Positions 28,703 through 43,530 of a stretch of 60,000 bases of DNA are shown piece by piece. Each line of letters begins with the position of its first letter. Position 1 is the stretch's first letter. Made by a program: the position numbers and the translations under genes. Under the pieces are notes generated by a model that ran no database searches, was not told the DNA's origin, and saw only the letters and a list, made by a program, of their open reading frames with translations. Where the stretch lies: assembly GCF_037042905.1 (NCBI RefSeq), contig NC_087245.1:32924001-32984000 (forward strand). The letters are read 5' to 3'. This stretch comes from Lytechinus pictus (taxonomy: Eukaryota).

Positions 28703-29211
28703 CAGGACGATCAAAGCTATTATGTTCCTCGGTCCCTGTGTTAAAGTGCCTCCGGAAATGATATACAGCAGATCCTTCAATTTTTCTTTGAAATGGCAAA
28801 ACGGTCCTTGTGATCAGCGTGATCGCTTCCTTCCCTCGCATTCATTAAAAAAAATGCCCCCGCCCCAGCTCCTCATAGGAAAGAATAATCCTGCATTCGG
28901 TCACGATGGAGAAAGAGCTAGATTATTATCCTTCCTAGTAGATAATAACGCAATCGAATAAAAATTAAAGTAAAGCTGTGAGGGATCACATAAAATATCA
29001 TTTATTTGTTCAATTTAGTGAGCCATCGATCCTCTTTTCTGTTTATGTTTATGGTAACTCCCGTATAGGAACTCAGCAGGACATCATTTTGCTGGTAAAC
29101 GCCAAGCTGGTATATAACCAATTACCTAGGAAACATTTTACGTCTAGGTTAATCAGTCTTATAGACGACAAATATTACTCATGGGCCTTTTTTTTTCAAA
29201 GTGAAGACAAT

Positions 29212-29284
29212 GACAGAGTAGGGATTCGAACTCACAACCTTGCGATTATGAGTCCAATGCTCTGACCGCTGACCACATGACCCG
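29212..29284 (-). pseudogene. tRNA-Met(CAT)-like pseudogene or SINE head
   Basis: Minus strand ...agcggtcagagcattggactCATaatcgcaaggttgtgagttcgaatccc: T-loop/B-box and anticodon loop are present but the stems pair poorly. Confidence 0.55.
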
Positions 29285-30615
29285 CACGACTTTTGAAAGT
29301 GTTTTACAGGGAAGAGCCCCTGACATACAATAGGCCTACCTATGTTTTAATCCAGTTGTTTTCGCCTGAGTTGTTTCAAATTAGACATGATAAAAAACTT
29401 GAAATTTACGTCATTATCTCTGACCCCCCCCCCCCATCACCCTAATCCTCTGAGTCTTACACCCTTTTTGCTGTATATTGCGATTAATAGTATATAAGGT
29501 TACTGATTAAACTCGATAAAGAAAATGCAAGTCAGGGGTGTTAATGTTATAATGTCTTGTTTTTATTCTACTAGTATATCCATAAATAACATCAAACAAA
29601 GTTAGATATGTTTCCTCTGAGGAGGCCTCGTAATGCAGTGTCTCATATTGGATAATGTTTACGATGATACATGAAAATAAATATTCATTAAATGTGAAAT
29701 AAATGATTAATCGTTAACCCTTTTCAAGTTCAAGTTCAGGTTTCATTTCCAACGTAAAACAAAACAATATCATATTCGTTTTTAACAAATATAAGAATAT
29801 GTTTTAACAAATTTAAGATATAAACTAACATTCTATTAGGCAAGGTTTTTTTTCCAATGATTTCAGAAAATGAATTTAACACGACGACACAGGCCTTCCG
29901 CGTATATTCTTCCGCCAAAGTTCTTATTATAATGATCGTTAATCAGTCGACCTTTAAAAAGGTTCAAAGTTATATTTAGTGTTTATCAGCTGTTAATTGG
30001 TTGTTGATGATCACGTGGTGCTGAATCATTATTAATTGCGTTTACCACAACAGCGAAAAAGTCATTTTGAATTACAAGGTTAATCCTGATCTGAACCATT
30101 ACATGAATAACATTCACCTTGTCATATCGGGAGAAGAGAATCAACGTATATAATAAGCCAGTTCACGGTTAGCTCATGATCAACTTTTCTCAAATGGCCT
30201 TTGTGATTTTCATTAGGATAAGCACTATCATTTTCAAATGTAGATGTTGCGTAAGCTTTACCGGTAGAGTATTCAAATCCTAAGAACAAAAGGCATTGTA
30301 TAGACCAGGTGACTAGAATAGTACATCAGGAATAAAGTTTGGAAATCTGTTTTATTGTCTGCCTTTTGCACATTTGACTATTGTTTAGGCTACTGTCAAA
30401 TGCCAGTGATTATGAAAGCTCTATTTATTACTCTACAGCTTGGATGTGATAAAATGAATATTTTGAAAGGAATACATGAATAATCATCAAATCACAAATG
30501 CCCATGTCAGTGAATTTGAAAGCCACCTTCATGGTTTATCTTAAATGACCTTTTTCTGCTCGTGCGCAGTTTACAACCGTGAACAGGCTTATTATAAGCA
30601 TCCCCCTCCCCCTCT

Positions 30616-30697
30616 CTCTTCTTCTTCTTCCTCTTCCTCTTCTTCTTCTTCTTCTACTACTTCTTCTTCTACTACTTCTTCTTCTTCTTCTTCCTCT

Positions 30698-30728
<31 letters not shown>

Positions 30729-30755
30729 CCTTCTTCTTCTTCTTCTTCTTCTTCT
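30616..30755. repeat. (CTT)n microsatellite
   Basis: Directly visible. Confidence 0.95.
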
Positions 30756-31879
30756 ATCTTTCTCTCTCCATTTCTGTTTCTGTTTCTTTCCTCCCCTTTC
30801 ATAATATCACACCGCCACCCCTCTCTATAAAAATATATATAAAAAACATTTTCTAAGAACACCCCCCCTCTCTCTCTCTCTCTCATATATATACATTATA
30901 TATATATATTATCGTGCCCCTCCCCAACCTGCCCATCATTCTCCCTCCCCGACCGATAGGTCACAGTTATGTGGGTGAGTTGGAAGGAAGGGGATGGGGG
31001 CTAGGCTTTGACGGAAAACCTAAAACCGTGACACCATGAAATGCTTCAAAAATAATAGGTAGTGACAGGGTGAAATTCGTAATATTTAAGGGAAAGCTTG
31101 CAAATCTTAAGCATTTGAAATGTAACAAATATTACGTAACTCTTCCGAATAATCGTGATAAAATGTAAGTATCATTCAACTGTTGGGCACATTATTTTGT
31201 TGTGAATTTGTTAAGGGGCGAAAACTTTGGCTACACTTTGGCGCGTGCTGCATATGGGTAACGCAGTCCTTGTTCTTGGTTTTCACGACATTGCGCCTAT
31301 TCAAACAAAGTAGATTTGATTTGACTTCTTGCATCCCAATGCAAGAAATCATTCCCTATATCATTATGATTATGAAAAAATCGCTATCACCGATAAACAG
31401 GTTTATGCTCCCCTGAAAAAAAAATCACATATTACTCTCTTTAGGTACTACCTTCCTATAATCTTCTACTATATCTTTCCAATATCTTTTACTCTCTTTA
31501 CGATGTTTGGAGGGTTGAAGAGTTCATTCTCTTCTAAACGTCAACATTCATGCTACACATCCTGATGAATCAGGACCTTACTCACTTCATAAATAGTCTC
31601 GTCTCAAGCTTCAAAACAAAACCATTTCTTCCTGTTTTAATTAAACAGGGATCTCTCGTCTAACGAGGTATGTTTCACAGCGGGGTCCAATGCTACCGTC
31701 ACAGCATAGAGTAATAGCTCTATGGTCACAGCAACCGAATCGACTCCAAACCGACCGGTGGAATGTCAATGAAAATAATGTAATACCTTCGGTCACTTTG
31801 CAGTCAGATTTCGTTTCGACAATGACATTATGGCCCGTATAGTTGCGGATAGCCAATTGGGGCACATTATTTGGTCGCA

Positions 31880-32208
31880 AAATCGGAGAAGGACCAGAGT
31901 TATCCGCATTGTTTTGATGCTGTAATTATCCGCATAATAGCGGCATCGGGACAAGATTTTGAGTTTATGAATGCATTTCCAAATAATGCGGATAATTGCC
32001 ATGGTGCGGTCACAAGGTCACCCTTTTCCAACACAACCGCATCGGAGGGGGCGTGTCCAGTTGTCATGACGATTATCCGCCTTTTTCTGGACGGGCGCTC
32101 GTAAAAATAATGCGGATTATTTTCGGAGTTTGTGAACGCAATTTTTATTGAATTATCTGCATTACTCTTAGGCAGCTAATTGGAGGATAGGTTTATGAAA
32201 GGGGTATA
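31880..32208. mobile_element. MITE remnant with inverted attatccgcat / atgcggataat motifs
   Basis: Repeated inverted motifs and a right terminus ggtttatgaaaggggtataa. Confidence 0.5.
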
Positions 32209-35092
32209 AGTTAAACCTGACTTCAGAATACGGGCCTATGTATCGTAGCATTTTGTATACAAAGTATGATTATCTTATTCAGAAAATCGGAATGCTGGGG
32301 ATATATATTTTTGTATATGTTTTCTGTGTGTATATTAGCAATATTGGCAATAGATTTGTGGTGTAGACGTTGAAAAGAGCAAGAGGACGAATATGATTGT
32401 GGCATGCGTAAATAGAAGACAATCTCAAAATGTTGCATTCTGGGTAAGAAAAGAGGATCTCTTTGTTCATGTCTGGACTCGAGAGGATGCTATTCCTTTC
32501 GGTGATGGTGCATTGTCGCGAGTATTTGTCATTTCTGCCTCTACAATAGCACAGATCAGAGGCAGCACGAAAAGGGGTATACAGGGTCCACCCCCCCCCC
32601 CCACCCACTGGCCTTCCAACTCGCGATAGGGGAAAGGAGAGATCAAAATGTATACTGTTATATTAAGGTCTACATCTTTTCAACCTTGTACGTCCCATTG
32701 CATATCTAATTTACAAGTAAGCGAAGCGAGCAGACTACATGCTTCGGATTGCTTCACCAAAACAGAAAAGTTAAATATCTCTTGATAACAAAAATTGACA
32801 TTTAGAATAGTTCAATTGACCCTCTCCTCGTTTATTTATCTTAGTGAACTCTGGAATATTTTGCAATATAGTGATAGAAGATTTTGCAGTCGAGATGTCA
32901 CTGAATTGAGACTACAAGGAGTAGCTTGCCAAGCCCCCTGTCGGCGGAAGTTATAGTGATATCCAAGAGATTTGCTACATATGACTTCTAAATTTGGTAG
33001 CATGGAAATCGAAAAATACGATATGATATTACTAACAATCCCTTGCGGATTGAGAGGTGTTTTCCCCTGCAGTATACCCCCGGTGCATTAATGAGGAACA
33101 AATGTCTTGCTGCATGGTCATATCCAGAATATATACAGAAGATTTTTGTAAAAACTTTTCAGTTCATTGTATTTATGAGTGTTCTAATGTGAATATATCA
33201 TCGCGTGCTATGACAGTTTATTACGAAAATTCGGAACCAGTTATCTATCCCAACGCATCAGTTTAGCTCATGAGAATAATCATAACTTCAGGGTTTTCGG
33301 GAGCGGGGTGCGAAATGGGGGCAGGGGTGAAAACAACGTGTGATTTTTCTACTGATAGAAGAAGCAATGGTTGAATGAAAAAAAAAGAAAAAAGGAAAAA
33401 AAAGAATGCAAAAGTAAGAAGAAACAAGAAGCAAGAAAATGAAAAACAGAAGAAAGGAGGAAGGTAAAAAAGAAGAAAGGAAAACATCGACTATGACAAT
33501 TTATGTTTATCATAGTACACTGATACATATATAGAATCCCCATTTTTCATCTTTCAGCTATCTGCCCCCCCCCCAAAAAAAAATACCGAGGTTCCACTCT
33601 AAGTTTATGTTGCTTTAATTTTGTGCATTCGCCCCGTATAATAAAGTCATCGAATACTGCAAAAAGTACAAAAAGATAATACAGTTTTGAGCCCTCTTCG
33701 TCATGTTCGTGTGATGTAGTTACGATGCCTTGTCGAAGGTATCAACGCAAAGAGATTTGAACTGGGGTGGCGGTTTGAGAGATACTTAATGTTGTAAACG
33801 TGCATTTCAATTGACTTCTATATTCTGATTTATACGGTAGATTTTTAAAATGATTTTATTGAATACAATCGATAAATCTAAAGGCTCCATAGTCAGGGAT
33901 GCGTCAGATTTTTTCGATTGGGGGTAGTACGACCTTTACTCTTTGCTCTTTACTTTACTTTACTTTTTGCTCTTCTTTCTTTTCTCTTCCTTTTTCTCCA
34001 TCGTGTGTCCCCCCCTCTTTCACTTCGTTGAAATCATAGGGGTAGTTACAGCAACCCCCCCCCCCCCCCCGTAGCCCTTATTTGTCCATAGTGGCGCATA
34101 AGATGCAGTTGTGGGTCTACATGCCTATGAAGAAATGCAAGAGAAATATTGATAAAACTAATTAGTAATATGATCACAATCTGATTCACACTACGACAAT
34201 AAATCAAGATACTGGGTCAATCGACCAGAGCAATCAAGAAAGAAATGCAATGTAAATCCAAACGTGAATAGTTTTTGACATTTTTCGTCCATGACAACCA
34301 ACAAAAACTAACCAGCCAATCAAATCGCTTGGATGAAGTACTGTAAAAACTTGCTAAGCCAATCAGTGACAATTTTGTCGGGGCACAAAGTGTCTCGCCC
34401 GAGCGATGGACCGTATCAACCACAATTTTTTATTGCTTGAAGTTTCTCCATTTACACGCTGAAGACTAGACAGACATGTTTCATTTTTCTTCATGAAATA
34501 TGATTATTAATTATTGTGGGAGGCGCAAAGTACGAACTGACTTATCGTATCGTATCACAATAATCACGCAGAAATAAGGTCGTAATTTGGGGTTTTTAAG
34601 ATTTAGGTTCACCAGACGGTCAGGCAGTTATTGATTGCGATCGGTACGTGATCGATCAACGAAATCGACTCTCATTTGAGAAAGGGGCGGAGTAATGTGG
34701 ATAGTGTAATATAATGATAACTTGAGAGGGATTCGATTAATGATGAGTTTGGATGTACGGGGCGAAATTGCGTTCTCGCTGTTGCCGAATTTCGATCACG
34801 TTTGCATTCGCGTGTGCAATTTTCATTGGCAAGATCTATGCCTTCGTAATGATTCTGATTAAAGACATCACCATAATTGTTATCATTATTACCTGTAGTG
34901 GAAGTTTTAGTTTGCACATAAAAATACCAAATTGGAAATGCCTTTACGATAAACGGGATGTTGTAATATCAATCAGACTTAATAATATTGATTTGATATT
35001 CTTCGAAGGCATTAACAAATGTTTTTAGGCAAATGCAACAGAAAGCCCAAACGGGACACTGTTACATTAAATTATTTACTGACTTGTCCACT

Positions 35093-35095
<3 letters not shown>

Positions 35096-35171
<76 letters not shown>

Positions 35172-35225
35172 AAATGAATATAGTTAGTATATATATATAT
35201 ATATATATACTAACTATTCATTTAT
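35096..35225. repeat. (TA)n tracts with adjacent palindrome
   Basis: A long (TA)n run, then a second run flanked by inverted arms. Confidence 0.9.
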
Positions 35226-36439
35226 TTTCATTCATTTATTTAGTTTTTCGTTAATTCATTAAGCTATATTTGCTTGGTCCATTTGTATATAACGTATATC
35301 ATATGTGGGGCCGTCTGTATAATGGCAAGGACAATAAAGAGTAAGTAGATTATTTAATTAACAAGATATGGAAACATACTCATTTGACCGTGAGAAATAG
35401 ACTTCCCTCTACCTTACAAAAAGTGTCACACACAAGATTGGTGTGTTATACTATATGCGATCTCTTTCTGGAATATCTTTCCGATTTGTGTTCTACATTT
35501 TCTTTTAGATTTTCATGGTTTCAATCATCAAACCTCTTGGGTTAAACTACAAATGTTTTGAGAGTGACACATGAGAGATACCCATCCCTTCTAGCAAATA
35601 ATATTTATGCTATCATAAAAATCACGTGAATCACCGACATATTTGATAAAATAAGATACAAAGACTCGATATTTCTTTATTTTTGTTATTCAGGCGTGAC
35701 TTTGTATTTGATACTCTGGGTAACCTTCGAAATACAAACATAAAACACCCAAAGTGGAATAAACGAATTACTATAATACCTTTTATATAATCAGTAAATT
35801 ATATGTGACTGTGTCGGAGAGTTTATGATGGCACTCTGAGCCAATAAAACAGATATTCGTTTATTTGATCTCGATTAAATTATTTTGTTGATAAATAAAT
35901 CAATCTTTCGATTTGCACTCTCCGGCTGACACTCATCTAACCCTTTTTGAGATGTTATTCAAATTAAATTTTGTTTGTTTTTGTTGTCCTTAATAAGGTT
36001 AGATGTTATTCCCAAAACGATCCAAATTACCCAAAATAAGTATCCAAGTTTTATAACTCACACTCTAAAAAAATTGAGCGCTATTTGTACAGAGCTTGTA
36101 TAGCGACTTCACTTCCCATTGCTTATTTTCTAGTTAAAATATGAATACAATTAGCACTTCATTTTTTAGAGTTCAGTCTTGGGTATGTAGGGAAAAACAA
36201 TTGTATTGGTTTTAAATTCATGAATCGGGATATGTGAATATAGTTTTCATAATTTTGGAGTAATGGTAATTTGGCACAGGTACGACAATCCAGACGAATT
36301 GAACCCTACCCACAACGCCGGGCTCTCAGTCTTTCATATTGGTAGCGGTTATGCTATATACCTGACCATTAACATGAATGCAACCGGAGGACCGATGGCT
36401 AAGCTACCCTCCGTCTGACACAATAATGGGATACATAAC

Positions 36440-37042
36440 TTAAAGGGGAATCCAGCCTTGGCCATTAAATGTTGTGTTGGGAAGGAGAAAAATAAATTAA
36501 ACAGAATGGTGAAAGTTTGAAAGAAATCGGACAAGCAATAAGAAAGTTATAGCTGCTTTAAAATTGAGACCACTAATACTATGTACATTTCAAATTGGCA
36601 ACTGGGTAAGTAAATTATGACAAGGGGCAAGGACAACTTTCCCATAGGCCATGTACTTTATTATCAGGGATTTGTGGTTTTCTCCTAAGCACCCATTCCC
36701 CTGGGGCAGTAATCTAAATATAACCCAGGTAGTATATTGTCTTATGTCCTCATGAAAGAAAAATATAATTTGAAATAAAACTTTTGGGGAAAATGACATT
36801 TTAGCCATAATATGTATTGGAGTACATGGAAGAGTAGTCCTTGCCTTACATCACTATGACATCCCATATGCGGCCAATTTGAAGTCTCCATGGGTATAGT
36901 GATTACCAATATTTACAACTTTTAAAAATTCATAACTTTCTTGTTGTTTGTCCAATATTGATCAAACTTTCACCGATCAACTTGTCTGATTTTTCTTTTC
37001 CTTATAAAATCAAGTTTTTATTTGGGTTGGATTCCCCTTTAA
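36440..37042. mobile_element. Kolobok/T2-type MITE, family B
   Basis: TTAA-aggggaatccagcc ... ggttggattcccct-TTAA. Confidence 0.85.
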
Positions 37043-37992
37043 CTAGTGCAGATGCGCTAATTACTGGAATTTTCAGTTAAGCTTATATACAAGAAGTGTG
37101 TGGTGATGTTGATGTACATGAATTTTACCAAATCCGATTGAAAAATATAACAAAGATACTATTTTGGAGTACGATATATATTTCAAAATTCCTTACAACA
37201 AATTTTCTCCATGCAACTCTTTTAGAACGCAGCACATCTCTAACAAACATGTTAGAAATTTGCCAGTTTCATTGATAACCCTTTTCTGATAACTTATTTC
37301 TTCGTATTTTATTTCTATTTCTTTTTCATATGTATTTTCCCACTAAAAATTATGTATTGCTCAGATTCTAGTACTTTCCGATCTCGGAGGTGGTAAAAAA
37401 AAACCATTCCAACAGTAGATGGGATACCTTAAGAGGCAAGAGCTATATGAATTAAGTAAAATTCGTGTGAAATATACTGAACTGAAAGTAAAAAATATTG
37501 TTCCTCTCCTACTTGGACTCGGTTTCTACCTTGTGTCATTGTTCTTATTGAGAAAACATGTGCCCCCTCTTATCGCACCAAAAGGCAAAGACTTAACTGA
37601 AGAGAAACATGCCCTAGCTTTCTTGCCCCTTGTCTGACAATGTTGCCCCTTAAGTCAACATGAACTCTGAAATATGATTATTAGCCATTATCCTTGATTG
37701 TCAGAAGCAATAATAGCAAACAAAAAGCTCATTTTGTGAAGAATATTGTCATCAAAGAACATATGTTGACACCGATATTAGCAATGCAAACAACCCAAAA
37801 CAAAAGAGAATCACTATATAACAATGACCCCTGACCTCTGACGTCATTGGATGAGCGTTGAAACTAGTCATAACATGCAATTTCATCATTAAGAAATGAG
37901 GATCACGTGTGTGTTTTTTTTTTAAGTTAGAATGGTTTTACACTACAGGAGTGTTATCGCCCCCATTATCCAGCAGACAAACCCGATTGTTA

Positions 37993-38132
37993 TCCGTTGC
38001 AGAAAGAGTTGCGTTTAAACGCAAGTCAAAAAATCAATCAAGTCCCAAATGCGCGCTGTTGATTGGTTGAAAATCAAGTTGCGCATGATTTTTAGAGTTG
38101 CGATTGATTGCAACTCTTTCTGCAACGGGCCC
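37993..38132. mobile_element. Harbinger-type MITE (partial inverted copy at about 38526-38598)
   Basis: TIRs ccgttgcagaaagagttgc / gcaactctttctgcaacgg. Confidence 0.75.
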
Positions 38133-41080
38133 ACTAAATCGCAACTCTAAAAATCAGATCTATGATTATTATAAGCAGTTCAAGAAATAATTCAGATAAA
38201 AGATGGGACACGAAGAGATTAGAGCCTCGGCTAGGCATTCTTGATGAAGCATTGGTGTACAGATGGGGGGAGGGGGGCGTGGAGGCCATGCCCCCTAAAA
38301 AAAGTTCCAAGATAAAGAAAAAATGAAAGAAAAACAGAAGGGAAGGGAATGGTAAGATATGGTGCTTTTTTCTGAATACCGTGCCAAAATCTATCACAAT
38401 ATAAGATTTTCATTTTGTAAAGGGCAAAAATGTACTTAGCTCGCTTGAAACTTTTCAAGACATTTCGTCACATAGTACCCCTCATTTTCTTGTGGGGGGG
38501 GGGGGTGCTCATTACGCCACTGTCAGGGGTCCGTTGCAGAAAGAGTTGTAGTCAAACACAACTCTAAAAATCATGCGCAACTTGATTTTAACGGGCACAC
38601 AGGAAATGATCTTCCGCATGGCATTTATACTCTTTTTTATAGATTTTCCATTTATCTTACTTTTCATATTTCATCATATTTTACATTTTAAATTTATATT
38701 TATATTGATAATACACAGAGCATGATCGCACAAGATATTCCTCACTTATTCTCCTTTAATTGGCTTCAAAATAACGTGTGATGTTTCTTTTTTGTAATTT
38801 CTGTAAAATGTTGCTCATTTATCGAAGTTTCTTTATTACTCTATGAGCATCTGTTATTAATGTCATTGGCGCATTAACGATGTCCTTATTATCACGACAT
38901 ATTTTCATAATTATATAGTAAAGCAAAAGTTTGTTAATACTTCATTATGATGTGTATGTTTTTAAAACAGAAAATCATTCGCAGCAACAAGAATAAACAT
39001 AATTTTCGAACAGAAAATGTAAATGTTTACAGAAAATAGACTCAAGCATTAATAATAATAAAAAAGCAAATTGAGTAAGTACAATTGCTCCTATATCTGT
39101 ACGGACACAAGTACAGCACAGAAAACGAACAAACAAAACTTCATCTTCATTTCATTCTCCACAATATCAATATTTTATTCTCCTTAGATTCGACATAAAC
39201 ATACGCTCTATAAGTACATTCATGTCATAACAATGGGATGACTTACTTATACATTATCCCTTCTTCAGCATTGGTATCAAGAAAAATAAAATGCAATTTC
39301 AAATTTCAAACATAAATCCCCTAATTCACTAGCAAATATACTTCAAAGAAGTTGAAATTCTCGCAACAGAAGCCGTTACATCTTCAGTGTTGCTAATAAT
39401 GGAGTCTTTTTCCATTGTACAATTCTATTTTAGCATATATGGACAAAATAAATAGGAGAAAGAGAAATAGGTGATGTAATTGTCAATATCTTCTTTCATC
39501 ATGACATATCCAAACGTAGAACATTTCTTTGGTCTTTGTAATAAGCTTTGCCTTTAACAGCACAACGTAAAATCTAATATAGACAAAATAAAAGTAAAAT
39601 GAAAAATTATTTAAAAATAATGAATGTAAACTCTAAGTTCTATAGCACCTAAAAATAATCAAATGGGAATCCAAATTAAGAACCAATAGAGACTTACCAG
39701 ATTGTATCACACTGAATGGAAATACTTATAAAAAAATGAGGTTAAAACTATCATTTTGCTTTAAAAAATGACTTTACAGGATAAAAAAAAACACTTGCTT
39801 ACAAGTAGAGAAATGATATACCTAAAAAGAGATGAAACAGGTTTAAAAAGAAAGAATTACCCTGAAATACATGTGGTTCAAAACAAAACATATTATGACA
39901 TTCTCATTATTTTTCCCATGCTTTTATAAAGGGGATAAGGGGAAAATATAATTATCTATCCAATCAATAAATAAGAATTCAAATATTTGTTAGATCAGGA
40001 AAGTAAGATAGGAAAACAGAAACAATGTATTCCTTTGTTGGTTATACATAAAATGACACCAGGCTCATTAAGTATAAAGTATTATAAGCATCTCTACATG
40101 AAATAATGTAAAAAGAAGAAAATAAAACTAACTTTATACCAAAGCTGAAAAAGGAGAAAACCCTTGTCACACAAAACTGAATGGTTTAAAATTTCAGATT
40201 CTTTCCTCCGACTTCAGTGGTCCAGAATTTTTTTTTTTTTAATCACTGTGTACCTTTTACCACTGTGTACAAGAATGGGCCAATCCTTGTCCCGGACCAT
40301 ATTCAGGTAACGGGGAAGGGGGGAGGCTTTCATCATCGACAAGGCAGGTTCAATACAGACATACAACAAAGAAATAAGAATCTTTCTTTTTTTTAAATGA
40401 AGATAGGACTCAAAATTTCAACAACCCTTTTTCTTAACAAGAGCAAAATTAAACACACAACATTGAAACGAAAAAGTACATAGACAAAGGCATTATTCCT
40501 TTGGACACAAAGGTACATGCAGACAATTATGAAATAATACTTGGGACTTTAAATTACGAACTGTATGCAATAATGACGTAAGAGTAAACAACAAAAAAAT
40601 GCAATAAAAGATGATTTGTTGAGAGAGGGAGACAGAGATGTCAAAAAGGAGGGGAAATATTGAGGATACAGATAAGGGTGGCAAGGAGAAAATGAGAGAA
40701 GAAAAAATGAAAAAAATTATCATGAAAGTTATAAGAGAAAACATTAAGAAATGTACAATAAGAAGAGAGAGGGAGAGAGAGAGAACGGTTGGGCAAAGGA
40801 GCAGAGAGAAAAGAATAATGTGACACCACAATCAATTACTTAATACACACCGAAAAAGAGCCGGACAGACTAAAACAAAAGAAAGGAGGGGGCATGGCAG
40901 TAAAAAATCAAGGATCCAATTCTTCCATGGACCATCATCAAACATAACATAAGCTGGTGCATAGAATAAACCATCATGACAAATAATGATGATAATTGAA
41001 GGAAGTATGGAGAGATGGAGAATGGGAGAGGAAGTGAGATAATGGAGAAAAAGAAGAGGGAGAAAGAAAGAGAGACAGAC

Positions 41081-41166
41081 AGGGCCATTGAGAGATAGAG
41101 TGGAAGAGAGAGATAGGGCCATTGAGAGATAGAGTGGAAGAGAGAGATAGAGTGGGAGAGAGAGAT
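41081..41166. repeat. 34-bp purine-rich minisatellite, about 2.5 copies
   Basis: agggccattgagagatagagtggaagagagagat repeated in tandem. Confidence 0.85.
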
Positions 41167-43145
41167 GATAAAAGGATAACACACTTAATGTCTTTATGAT
41201 ACAAATATTGCTAATCATTCTCAATATTATCAATAGATTATTTTACAACCACTCCACTAATACCTACTGGTAATCTTTTCAGTAGGTCCAAGTACAAACA
41301 TAAATCATCAACTTAAATATAATGTATGAATGAAAATATATCCTGTAAAAAGAAGTTCACATGAAGTTTTCTAATTCTTCAAGTTAAAAATACAAATGAG
41401 ATTTCATCAACATTTGTCGGAAATAAATCAAGATTCCATAACAACTTCTGATTTTCAAAACCTCTGCACATTCACAAACAATCCTGTAGTTGATCGTTTT
41501 CAAAAGAAGGTTGTGTTAAAGAAAAAAATGAAATTCTTATGGGGAAACTAATATTATGATCATAATTGTGTGAGGTATATGATAAAATAAAATGCCAACA
41601 AAATATGGAGCCTGTTGCCTCTGTTATATAATACTGTAATTTTCAAATGCACTATATCATGCCCAACATGACTTCACCTCACAATGTGATTTAGTTCAAC
41701 ACCTATACATAGTCAGAATTCCTTCTCAAGAAGTTCAAACACCGTAGTACAAATAATTGTTCCAAATCCCAACTTAAATTATTATGGTAAGATTCTGAGT
41801 TCTGTGACACAAGGCAGTACAACTGATGCTTATAATTGATTGCATTGATCTATATGTGTTGCCAAATGTACAAATCCACTCTATAACCAATCATTGTGCT
41901 TTGTTAACAGGCCCCATAGCTAAAGATTACACTGACTTTTAAAAACTGTTTTTAAATCAGCTTTCTAATTCTGTACCTCTATCTATCCTCTACCTTGTTT
42001 GAAATTCATATTTTTTGTACTTTAAACCACACACTTCATCTGTAATTACATATATAATTATTACCTTGATGGGTGATTTCAAGTTCAGTGTTGACCATTA
42101 AAGTGTTGGTGTTAGGTCAATTTTTACCCCCGATTATAACACCAAACATAAAATGAAGATGGTCCTGAAGAGTCACGAGTTCTTGATATGTCAATAGTGT
42201 GATCTGGATCAGTTTTGCAAACTCTGAATAAGTTTTGGAGCTAGGGGAAGCAATCCAAATTCCAACACCAAGTCCAACACCGGACTTGAAATCACCCAGT
42301 GTTTTTGACAATGAAAGAAACCCAAAAGAGATAAAGCATGAAGGGAAATCATTGCAATGATTGTCAAACAGGCTTCAAGATTTAACATCCACTTTGCGAG
42401 CATAGTAAATATGTATTCTTAGTTATTAGAAGGGCAGTTCATTCGATTGGAGAGTTTCATAGCAGGATAAAGATGCATTGGTCGCTATGTACAAAAGGAC
42501 CTGTTACTAATGGACATACACTTGTATCTTGTAACAAAATAACCACGGGTAACTCAAACTTATGCAATGTTGTATTTTGAAATGACACTACAACCACCGA
42601 GTTCAATAATGTAACAATACCGAGTACATGTATATATCATTTAAGTATATATATGGTGCAGTAAAGGCGATTGTTGATGCATGATATATAGTCTGACTCA
42701 ATCTTTACAGAATGGCCACTCATCCAGGTAACCTGTATACAATGGTCATCAGAACTTGTTAAAGTATTCCAATGTTTCAAAGCTTATCTTTCCAAGAATA
42801 TAAATCAAATGTACCACCAATTGCCAAGCAATTTGTCACAGGGCCCAGGGCTGCGTACCACAAAGCTCAGTTCTTCATATTACCAGTTTTACAATTGATT
42901 GCCAAACAACCACCAATGCAATCAATCATTTAAAAAAAACATGCATTGATCAATTAAGCTTTGGGTAACAGGGCTGTAATTAAAGAATTGGACCTGTATA
43001 TAGCAACTACTGAAGGTAGACAAGAAATTCAGTATTGACGGATTCAGGTGAAATATGAAGTATGTACAGTGGACTTTCTTTATCATTGGCTTTGTATTAG
43101 GCTGCATGGAGGTAGAATTAAGTAGAACTATCACTGAAGGTGATT

Positions 43146-43530
43146 AATACCCCCGCCCTATGCTGTAACCATGGCAACAGTTTCCAACAAATGGGGAAAA
43201 AAATATCTTGCCCATCTTTACCCAAGACCTACGTGTGAACAAAATATCATGAGAATTGGTTAAAAACTGATGAAGTAGTTTGATACACAAGGTTTTTACC
43301 TCATTTTTGCCAAAAAATACCGTTTCCATGGCAACGCATTTTCCGACACATGCAAAAAATGTGTCTTGCACATCTTCACCCCAACACCAATATGTGTTCC
43401 AAGTTTCATGAGAGGCGGTTAGAAACTGAGGAAGTAGTTCGATGTGCAAGATTTGCAATGGACCGACCGCCCAACCATAAGCTGACTCCTATATCACCCC
43501 CTTCAAACTTCGTTTGGCAGGGGTATAATA
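43146..43530 (+). mobile_element. Probable non-autonomous Helentron/HINE-like element
   Basis: Repeated ccatggcaac units and aagtttcatga motif; 3' end cccccttcaaacttcgtttggcaggggtataa with a terminal hairpin. Confidence 0.45.

Noticed and set aside
30536..30886. Glu/Arg-rich ORF
   Set aside because: (CTT)n microsatellite.
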